NCBI GenBank assembly: GCA_013265495.1
Contig: MU057487.1
Span: 1 to 64,000 of the forward strand
Length of the DNA: 64,000 bases
Reading direction: 5' to 3'
Origin: Vicugna vicugna
Lineage: Eukaryota
The position numbers were made by a program, and so were the translations under genes. Positions 53,208 through 64,000 of the stretch are shown piece after piece; positions within the stretch are counted from its first letter, which is position 1; every line of letters begins with the position of its first letter. Under the pieces are notes generated by a model. The model was not told the DNA's origin and did not search any database. It worked only from the letters and a program-made list of their open reading frames with translations.

Positions 53208-54199
53208 AGAGACCTTAACTCACTCTGAGTCCCTTAGGAAATGTGATGGAATATCAGTCAGTTGACTTACAAACTAAAAAGATTAATACAGGTAATTCTT
53301 AGAAGTTATTACATCTTAGGTCACAAATCTACTATGAAGTTTTTAAGTATATGTCAATCCAAAAAATTATAATGCCCACCAAATAGATTTGTGTATAGTG
53401 TTTAAAATTATTACCCAACCTGGTCCACCACACATAGCACGGCAGGCTTTGCACTGCACAGAGTGGCAGCAGAATCGGTGGAGCAGGGATTCACGTAAAC
53501 TACTACGTGAATTATTTGTTCTGGAGTTGTGCCAGACAATGGTCCTGTCCCCAGCCCTCTATGAAAATTTACTTCAAATAAGGATAAAAATCTAAAGCAC
53601 AATTTTAAGACAGTGCTATACTTCACCCAGAAGGCTTTTTCTGTACTTGAACAGAATAATAATTGACAAGATTTTAGAAAATAAGAGTATGAGGTAAATA
53701 AAATTTTTATTAATTTCCTTCATAAAATTATAAGTATCATGGTCTCTCCATTTATTAAAAAAAAGTTCCTGAAAATTAAATATTAATTAAATTTTTGTAA
53801 GCCAAGTCACGTTTTACATGTAGAGAGATTTCAACTGGAATTCAAGACCTTAATTCACTAAAAATCACTTAAAGAAAATATGTTGGAAGATCTCAGAAAA
53901 GTAAAAACTAAATTGGATTAAGATTTTCACAGTAATATGTATTTTATTTGTCTCTACTGTGAGTCTATTAGCTTCTGAAGGAGAGACACTAGGACATGTT
54001 TGACCTTGAACCCCCAGTATCTAGGCTTCTTGCAAAAAGTAGGCACTCAAAAAGTAGTTGAATGAGTGAATGAATGAATGGAGACAGACCAAACTCATCT
54101 GACTACCATTTAAGAACAGAAAGTACAAAATGTTTTAAATATCTGTTTAGGTATGGGCTTCAATTCCATATTGTGGCCAGTTAATAAAGTATCAAGATA

Positions 54200-54400
54200 A
54201 AAATGAAGAAAGGAAGAAGGACATAAAGATAAGAAAAAAGGGACAGGAAAAGCCAGAGGGAGGGTGAGAAAGAGACAGGGAAACAGAGGACAATGGAAGA
54301 GACAGTGGAAAACAAAGGGAAGTGGGGGTAGGGGGAGAAGTAGACTGGAAATACAGAAAATGGTGGAGAAATAGAAAAGGTGGCAAAGAGTAAGGGCAAA
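54200..54400. repeat. Purine-rich low-complexity tract
   Basis: About 200 bp made up mostly of A/G on the + strand. Confidence 0.8.
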
Positions 54401-55228
54401 ACCTGCTAGACAAAGGTGCATTTGTACGAAAAAATTTATAAATACCCTCCTGCAACCTGCAGTTCACCACGGCCATGAATGTCAGTATCTGAACTTCTCA
54501 TTGCTCATCTTTGACATGTGAGCTAGCTGGTTAACCACTGTTCGCAGTTTAGGGGGATTTTTCCCCTATAATTAATTTTTCCTAGTTGCAGTGGCGGTGG
54601 CCAGGACAATCACATTCCTCAGGTGTTCTTAACTCAGGCCAGGGAGTGATGCTCCCGCTTCAGCTCCATCCTGAGAAGGTCTCCCATCTAAAAGCAAGGG
54701 AGTATATCCACAAAGGGAAGAACACTTTCGTGATGCAAATAAATGCCATATAATTTCATTACTATTTAAGTTAGAAATATTTAACAATGCCTAACACCGG
54801 GTATACCATGGTATATAATCAAAATCCTACTTCTGAATTCACCTTTTCACGTTTTTTTCGTAAGTAGGGAAGGGAATAACATTAGCCAGTCTCAAGCAAA
54901 GGATATTTTAAAAATTAGTGTTCCTATGTTCACACCTATTTCTATAATCAAATTAACTACGTGTACTTTCCACTTCTGTATCCTTTTTTATCATCCTTTT
55001 TACTCCATATTGACTTAATGATATCTGATACGAATATCCTGAATTAAGGGGCAGCTCTCAAACCCAGCAACTGAATAGCTGTGATTCTGGCTACGGACCA
55101 TTGATCAAAGCATTGCTGATCTCACTCAGAAAGGTTCTTTCACTTTCACTGCATCCCTGTGCTTTGTTCGTTTTTCTTTTCTTTTCTTTTCTTTAAGCTC
55201 TGAAGTAATAAAAACTCACCGTTGTGGC

Positions 55229-55726
55229 TGTCAACTGAAAAAAAATTCACAACCTAAAATTGAGAATTATGTTCTATTCGTTGGGTTTTCTGAGGACGCC
55301 AAGCCCTGGAAACAGCCTCTCAGGTCTCTCTAAGGGACTAAGAGGTAAGGGAGGAGCCAGTATATATAGACATTTTTGCAACAAAGACCATGTCATTGGA
55401 ACATCAATAAGAGTGCTGTTAATTAAAGAAAACCAGATATCTCCTGTTAGAGAATTTAGTGCTTTTCTATGCATGGGAAGATGCAGAGGTCTGGGCTCAT
55501 TGAAATCATTCCTTTGATATGGACCTGAGCTCTCCGGGGCCAGTATCTTCTTCTTTTTCATCCTGAGTCCCCTAAGGGTGTAGCGATGGCTGAGGGTTTA
55601 GCAGTGGGCAGCCAGTTGGTCTCCATCCTGAGTTCCCTCAGGGTGCACCATTGGGGTGGCTGTAGTGGCTTGATGGCTGCAACGTCCTTTGGTTACTGAC
55701 GTGGCAGGCAACATTTTTCATTCACC
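55229..55726 (-). mobile_element. ERV1-type solo LTR related to the 29354-29816 LTR
   Basis: 4-bp TSD TGGC at 55225-55228 and 55727-55730. The minus strand ends ttttcagttgaca and shares tagaaaagcactaaa with the 29.5 kb copy. Confidence 0.75.
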
Positions 55727-58700
55727 TGGCTACAAGCAATGAGATACACAAAAGGCCCTATTTCCAAACCTCTGGTACCATCAAAAACAACAGATTATTC
55801 AGGGTGAACTTTCCAGGGTCAGAGCATGCTTCAGAAGGAAATGGGACTAAGAAAATAATCCATGGCTCCCCAGCCATCACACAACAGCTGAACGACAAGC
55901 GGCCAAGCTCTTTTCCTTCCTCTTCCCACCTTCTTCTCTGTCCTTCCTCCTCTTTCTTTCTTTCTAATTTTTCCAAGATATGACGAACCAACTACAAACA
56001 TACAAGCAGCTTTATAAATACATACACTGTACTCTGTGCAACAAAACGGTTCCTGATAATTTGTATAAACCTATTATTTTTTTACAAATTGATCATGCTT
56101 CTCATCAATGTATCATTTTTGAGATGCTCAAGTTTCATTCTTGATTAATCATTAATTTTAGCTTTAGGTTCCTCTTTCCCTCTAAAACTCGACCAAGAAA
56201 ACAAACAAACAAATAAAAAAGCATGGAAACAAATTCTTAAATCCTTGGGGAGGTCACCATTTAAGTAAATTCTCTGGTGACTTCCTGTTCAAATACGTCT
56301 CTTTGAGCTTGAGGATTTTATATCTTGTTTCCATAAAACTTAGCATGAGGAGTCACACCAAGAATAACGAAGCTGGAGTAGCAGCAGAAAAAGCGTGAGG
56401 CAGTTTATGCCAGAAGCTCCTCTCATCAGATGCCTTCCTCTCACATCAACAAGCCTGTTCACACCGGGGAGTGAAATAAACATGGCTGAGGAGAGGGCAT
56501 GGCAATGGAAATGCCAGTGACTAAGTTAGAAGATTAATAATAATTGTCTCAGAGAAACAAAACAGTCCAAACAAATGAATCTTACGGAAGGAACGGGTGT
56601 TGGGACAGGATCTGCAGTCTAGGGAACGGGGACATGAGGCAAGCAATTAATACGACAGTTCAGGATTATAAGGTGGGGAAGGGTAGCAAGGTGAGTTGAG
56701 CTACAAGGCAAATGCCTGAACAAATACCAATTTCAAAACACAGCATGCAGGTGCTGGGAGAGAGAAAGTTTTCAGGCCCCTCTTAGAATTAATTCCACAT
56801 ATTCTGACTTATACTGACTATTTAAACTTTAAACATTGATTAGTGAAAATAAGCAGGATGATTTTTGTCATGTGTTTGTGTCCAGATGTGCATTTTGATC
56901 AGGAGTCGATGGTGGAACACGCTGGTGCAAGAAAACAGAGTCTGGGAATGAGGTCAGCTGCCGTGGCCTCAGAGCAGGACCTCGTCGATCTGGTTCCCAC
57001 TTTGCTCCCCTGGAGCAGGAGGGGATGCTGTGTAAGATTCCTTCTCTCTCAGCCAGAAGGAGCTCAGGGTTACAAAGCATTATTGTGGTTTTACTTTCCG
57101 AGTGGAACCCTGTACAGCACCTGTAACCTATTCCCTGAAGCCTGGAGTCCTGACCCAGCCCTCCATCAAACACGTCACATGGCCTGTGGGGAGAAAACAA
57201 TCTTTTCCCTGTAAGATGGAGAGCCTGCACAAGGAGATGTTATCAGTGTGTGTGTGGGGGGGGGGTGTCTATGTGTGTGGGGGGCGCATATCTGTGTGTG
57301 TGTGTGTTGATACACACAGTATTTTTGCAGAGTATCTATCAGCTATGTGCTGAAACACCTAGTATTTACATATGCCAATCAATTATACTAATATTTCATC
57401 ACTATTGATTCATTTATCAGAAATGACATCTACAGGACATTCAAAGAAAAAAATTTAAAGAACTCAGAAAAAGGACGAGAAAGGCAAATCACAACTTATC
57501 AAAGCATAAAAATAAAGACCTTGCTTTTCAAAGAAGTCTGTGAATGCACAAGTCACAGTAGGACCTTTACATATAGCCAACAACAAAACTGACTGTCTTA
57601 TAATATAGTACGTAACATGTGCGTTTTGACTACTGCTTCTTAGCTGACCCCTCCACCATGGGTTTGATCATCTTTGCATTCTCTTTGGCCAAAGAAGAGC
57701 CTATAACCTAAGAAACTAGTCATTTTAAGCCCATTTAAATGATCACAATCAATGATTGACAAAGTGACATGAATATATCAACTCTGAAAACGAGAAAGCA
57801 GCATTCCCCAATGTGTTCACTGACTCCAGGCTAAGTAAATCCGCTGTTCTTCCTGAAGTAGACCTTCCATAATGGTTAGCTTAATAAATTTAACTCTAGC
57901 TCTGAAACATATGGTATATAATTTCCAACCCATCAAGACTCCATTTTTGCGTGTTACTTAGACTTCTTTCTGATCTGTCTAGAGTCACACAGAAAATTGT
58001 CAAAAATACTCTGTCTTCCATATTCACTTAAAATAAGAGAATAACTTCTTTGCCTGCCATGGCCACTATAATATTGGAATGGGAGAGTCTTGTAAAAATT
58101 AAAATTCATGAGTCAGTACATTTACATTCCATTAGTTACCCCATCTATATATCTCATTCTAGCCTAAAACTCCCCTCTCTTCTCACTCTTGTCTGATGAC
58201 CTTGCTTCCTATCTCACGGAGAAAAGAGAAGAAACAAAAATTGAACTTCCACATGCCCTCACCACTTCACTGACCTGCCTGCATCTGTGCCCAAGTTCTC
58301 TGCTTCCTCCAGGACCATGGATGTACTCTTTGTTCTCCTGGACTCAGATCATTCTTGCTTACGAAAAGATTTTGCTCCCAAGACTCTCGCCTCTCTCTTA
58401 ATCATTAACTGTGTTCCACTCCGTGGGATCATTTTCATCAACATCCAAACATTCTGTAATAGTAGCTGTCATAAATTACCCTCCCCTACCCTATACATCC
58501 CTGTTTCTCTGCTCTCTTTTGTAGTAAAAAAATCCATATTTTCATAGCAAAACTGCCATATTTTCCCCACATAGTGAGTTAGGGATCCAAACTGCTTAAC
58601 TTATATGATAGAATATTCCCTCTTTCTTACTACCATTCCTCAGACACAATCTGAGATCTGACAATCGAGTTCTCTCCTTCAATCAGGCTTGTCTCTCATT

Positions 58701-60589
58701 TGCCTGACCAAGAATTTCAATCATAATTTAAATAACAATGTCGTTGATAACATACAAGGCAGCACAGAATCCAGCTGCTTCCTTTCTAACTGTACTGAAT
58801 CCATATCAGCGCTATCAGCAAAAACTGGCTTCTCCATGACCTTTAGCAGATATATTTTAAATGACTTCTAAGAAATAAGAATTAAGGGGTATGTTCACAG
58901 TAGCTCATATTACCATTAAGATGCTAATATCTATCACTAAGTTTTTGACACAATATTAAAGATAAATCATCTCAATATAATTATACATGTAATATTAAAT
59001 ATACAATCTACTTTAATATACTTAAATCTTTCATATAAGAACACTTATTTTAATCATAAGAAAAAGACGACAGCCATCAACTAATCTGGCCTTGTAAATA
59101 TGAACAGCATTATTTATACATGGAAAAGGAACTCTTCAAGGAAATCTCCTACACTCAGTTAATACTCAACAAAAAGCATTGCCCGATCAGCAGAACTCAA
59201 TAAGAAGAAAGATTATGCTGTTTCCTTTCCTAGTAGAATGAACAATTATAATCTTGGTTTCAATGTTTAGAAAAATCTCAAATCATCCAATCATACGCAA
59301 ATACAAATTGAAATTAGATTCTTCCTTTGGTCAGTAATGTCTTGATTGTTAACTACAGAAGCAGGACAATGTAATTAGGTCCTGTTGTTGCACAAAATTT
59401 TGTGGCTGTTCTCTATTTACTGCAAAACAGATTTCTTGTCAAAATTTGATTAAAATCTGAGCCATGTAAAAATATCACTATAAAATAAGTATATACATAC
59501 TTATTAAGGATTATTTATTCACTGTCTATAAATAGTGCACAAATAATAGTTCCAAATGCTCCTGTCGAGTATGTCCTGAGCTACAAAAATGAAAGGAAGT
59601 AGCCCCAGACTGCAGGTATTTGATGGCTGAATCGAAATCAGAGAAGCTGATATGGGGTATACTCATTGTTAGCCAATATAATATATTGGCAAAATGTTGC
59701 ATAGGGCTTAGTTTTTTAAATTAACTTTAATCCTTGATTATTTCCTGAACTGCCATTAGTATTCATCTACTTCAACCAGCTCACTTTGTAAATCAGGAAA
59801 CTGAAATCCAGAACTGTTGGACTGTCCCAAGGTTACCCAGCAGCAAATGAGAGAGCTGGGCTGGCACCCAGTTCCTCACTCTTTCTCCAAAGTAATTAAT
59901 TCCATTCATTTGGAAAATGTGCTAGATAAAACATTATTTTTAAATGTGTGAAATTATTGTTCTACAGTGTATGAAGTAAATTTTGAGTTTTGAAAATTAC
60001 TGTATACCTTTTCTTTATAAGCCAGAGAGGCTGCAAAGTATAATCATGCTTTTATAACACATTTTCTAAACTGTAACATTTTTATAAGAGTGTAAAGTGT
60101 GACTTTCATAAAGTCTAATTTACGGCTCTCGAAATGTGTTTAATTGGCAATAAGCCTTTTCAAGATACAGAAAATACAGTCCCTTTCCACTAAAGTCTCA
60201 TTAAATTAGTTATCTGTGTCTTTAATGCAAACATTCATTCTTTTGCATAAAAAAAATCTATTGAAGAGGGGGATGCAGTTTGGTACCAAGTACAGTCTGA
60301 ATATGGAAGTATACATTGATTTTAAAAATCTCTTTCTAGCATAGCAGAATCTTAGCTGGGTCAGAGGAACAGAATACAAACTTAATGTTAGAAAGAAAGA
60401 ATTGACAATATTTATAAAGCTACTCTTTACCAAGGTTTATATTAGACACTTTGAGTATTTTATTTCACTTTAATTTTATTGCAGAAAAATTGATTCCACA
60501 TCTAATTTGACTCTTTCATCAAATCCTTTTAAAACAAGCATGAAAAGATTTTGTGAAAAAAATTAAACACACAAAACCCCAAGAGAGAG

Positions 60590-61380
60590 AGCACAGGAGG
60601 AAAGACAACAAAACTGTGGAAACTAAAAAGCAATTGGTTGATTACTGAATAAGCTAGCAGACTGAAAAAATATTAAGTGCTAAGGCCAACAATAAAGAAA
60701 GCTGAGGAACAACTAGACTTAGACTACAGAGTCCCCAGTAGGCTCAGAAACTGGGGCTGCCAGGGACTTCTGGATGTGGGGGGACGGGACGCAGAGAACT
60801 GGTTGCAAGTCTGTTTAGGAAGCAGCCAGCCCTCAGATTTATTTCCACTGTCCTCAGCTGGGACACTTCCCTCTCCCATCCTGACAAAGACTAGAGGTTT
60901 ATCTTCTGGAAGGTTAAACAAGTCTTTGGACTGGGGGACACTCAGATAATTCAATGAGGAGCACCTAGAAAATAAAAAGTGATACCAGAAATAAAAAACT
61001 AAATAGCAGTGATGGATGATTAAGGTGAGAAAATCTGGAGAAAAAAAATACAAAGATATGCAAAATATAAAAGACTCAAGCCATGATTCCAGTATCTGAA
61101 TAATAGGAGTTCCATAAAGAGAAATAAATCAAGAAATTTAGCCCCAAAGAATTTGAAATTGCAGAATTTACAGAATTTACAGGACTAAAAATTCTACTCA
61201 CTGAGAGCTTGGCAAAAATGGATAAAATGGAGACCCACATCAAGATATTCCATCATGAAATTTCATAATATTGAAAATGAAAGATTCTAACAGTTCTGGG
61301 GGTGACTCAGTTCAAACATAAAGGATTAGGAACTGTAACGGCTTCAGTTCCTCAATAGCACACCTGAAAGCTACACACTC
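60590..61380 (+). mobile_element. Degenerate ancient L1 5'/ORF1-like remnant
   Basis: ccagtatctgaataataggagttcc...gagacccacatcaagatattccatcatgaaatttc resembles ancient L1 ORF1 sequence; a similar A-rich remnant lies at 63560-64000. Confidence 0.4.
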
Positions 61381-64000
61381 ACCAAAGGAGATTTGGACAT
61401 TTGTGAAGCGTTAGGGGTGTTAAGCAGCATTTACACAGGCATACGAATAATCATGTGCCATACTGATCTCATCAGAAAGACGGTATAACTACTGGGAGGG
61501 TTGAACAACAGGAGGATGTCACTGAGGTTTGAGGGGGAGAGGAAAAAAAAAAGAGCTAAATCTTCATTATTCATGGTGTGAAGACAATAGATAATATCAA
61601 AAACTAAAATCAAGAAGTAGTAATGTAATCATGGTATTTATCATTTACTTGAAAGTAATTAGAATAATCAGTTTAAAGATGTGAAAGTGGTTGCCTATAG
61701 AAAGATCAAAGTAGAGGAGATGTGGAGGTACGGGAGCAGCAGACTTGTCTTCACAATCAAGCCTGCAGACCTACTAGATTCATTAAACACGTGCATGTAC
61801 ACCTTGCACTTGTTATTCTCCTTAACTTGGCTTCCTTCCCACAAATACCCTCCTGGAAAAGAAAAATCCTTCCCATTTCTGTTCAAGTTCTACTCGAAAA
61901 GATTTCCTTACACGAAAGGTTTCTCCTTCTGCCCCTCATTCTTCTGCATATACAAGCTCATTATAAAAATTATCTCACTCCATTACAGCTGTTTATGTGC
62001 TTGTCTTCCACAAGAACATGAGTTCCTGAGAGCAAGGGTCATTGTCCCTCCATCTTTGATTGTCCAGCACTGAATGCAGGGGCTACACAAAGGAGCCCAC
62101 ACAATTTTTACTGGATGAAAGAATTTGCCACACTACGTAAAATTTAATTATTAGATATTTTTAAAATCTTAAAATCTTGTAAGTCTTATCCTTACTGATA
62201 CTGCCAACTCAATTTTTTATCTCAATTATAAAAAAAAATCTAGGTGTGATTCTATTCCCATATTCAAACTAAAGGCTGGTATTTTGTGATTACAAATTAG
62301 TAGGTGAGTTTGACTATCTCTATTATTACACATGTTCAATATATAACCTATCATGTGGGCATCTCTTTTAGCAGTTAAAATAAATTCACAAATTACTGTA
62401 GCACTGTACAGACAGATGAATATAGCAAGCAGTAGCAATTAGATGTCTTCAATTAAATAATGAAATATATGAATGGCTTTTCAATTCTTTTCTTATAAAA
62501 TGAATGCAGATTTTTATCTTGTCCCGTTTCAAGACAGGATGAATTGCGGCTGGAATTTATAAGGGGAGTTAGACTAAAATGACTGATGGTACATAAAAAT
62601 CTTCCCTTTTTAAATTCTAAATGACTCTATTAAACTAATCACAGAAGTTCTCACATTTTTCTGGAGAGACTGGGAAAAAAAGATTCCAGGACTTGATGGG
62701 ACTCACGAATCTGTATTGTAAAAAATCAAAACACCCAATTTGGTCTTCACTTTTAAAAATCATACCACCTAATTGATTTTCAAGTAGCTAATTTTGAGAC
62801 TGAACTGTGAGAAACACTGGAGTTAATGGGACTTAAAAGCAGAGATATGACATCAGGTCCACTATAAACAATTGTTACTTATTTCCAAGTTCTTAGTTAA
62901 TAGAGGGGAAAAAGAAAGAATACTACTGTTAGGTCCAAAACAATGATGAGGATGAGATTTTATCACATTTATATATGTATACAGGTATGTGTATCTGTGT
63001 GTATTATATACTACATATATAATATCCCAGGTGTAAGTATGTTTATTATGCATTATACATACTATGCATAAATTATATACTTTATATACATATATATTAT
63101 GTTATATAATTTTTTATATTACGTATTTTTTCTTTTTACACCTGAGGATAATAACAGGCTGAACTACCTGAGAATCCAGTAGGATAGAAAGTTAGATATA
63201 AAACAAAGTTGCTTTAAAGAAAATTTTAAAATGTAACCTTTCTTGCGTGAATGAAGAGTATCTGAACTATGATTTGTACTCACTCCATACACAGCTATGA
63301 TACTATATGTGAAGCTGAAGAAATACCTTCTTTAAAAACTGAAACATCTACTTGGGGTGCAAAGGCTCTCAGAGTGAGAGGTGTGCCCCACACAGATCTT
63401 CCTATCTTTTCATTCAGGGAGGGGTGGCAGGAGGGCCCAGGCTGACTGTCTGCTTCTGCTCAACTCAGGCAGAGGTGATCTGCCCACACTTCCACAGCTT
63501 GCGTCAACACTCTCACAGGTATGGAAGCTAGTAGTGGCAGAGGAAACTCATGCCCACCAAAATTAATAACCAACCTTCTGTATTTCAAATAATGAATATA
63601 AACAACTAAGAATTAGTAGTTATTTTTTAAATGAACAATAAAAGAGAGAAAGATCAAAATGAGTAGAGAACTGATTTAGGAAGAAACAAACTGTTTAGTA
63701 AGAGAAGATAACTTAAAAAAATTCTCCTAAGTATTCTAAGAAAGATTCAAGAATGTATCTATTCATAAACTAGAACAAAAAATATGCAAAATGGGAATAA
63801 AAGAATAAGGAAGAGCTCATGAAAATAAAGAACACAAAACTAGGAATCAAGATTAAGGGGGAAAAAATGTGGTGAGTTGGGGGGAAAAAAAAGAAGTCTC
63901 CTAAAATATAAAGCCATCAAAGCAGAAGCTGAAAAATATTTTTAAAGAGTCAAGAATAGAGTATAAATCCACGAGGTCCAGCATCCACCTTAAGGGGTAT

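Noticed and set aside
54110..54476. Hydrophobic Phe/Leu/Pro-rich ORFs resembling membrane proteins
   Set aside because: Artefact of translating the complement of a purine-rich low-complexity tract.
59672..59690. 9-bp-arm palindrome gccaatata-a-tatattggc
   Set aside because: Short and AT-rich; compatible with chance in 64 kb.

Overview
Mammalian genomic DNA, AT-rich and repeat-dense. It is probably from a camelid, inferred from a tRNA-derived SINE and young L1 3' ends that resemble camelid families as I recall them. The only supported protein-coding content is the 3' half of EPM2A (laforin, the Lafora-disease glucan phosphatase) on the minus strand: exon 3 (28053-27812), exon 4 CDS (20345-20068, catalytic HCNAGVGRS intact) and a roughly 2.1 kb 3' UTR ending near 17970. 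Positions 28054-64000 are intron 2; I did not see exons 1-2. Positions 1 to about 17950 are downstream flank. The rest is LINE/SINE/LTR/DNA-transposon debris; family names come from memory of consensus sequences, and the boundaries of old repeats are approximate. I found no convincing novel biological system. The most interesting observations are: a young betaretrovirus-like solo LTR with a perfect 6-bp target-site duplication (TSD), loss of laforin Cys329, a perfect 21-bp-arm intronic hairpin, a 61-bp locally templated insertion, apparent non-conservation of the human laforin-317 tail, and a pair of related LTRs in which only the sense-oriented copy has lost its poly(A) signal.
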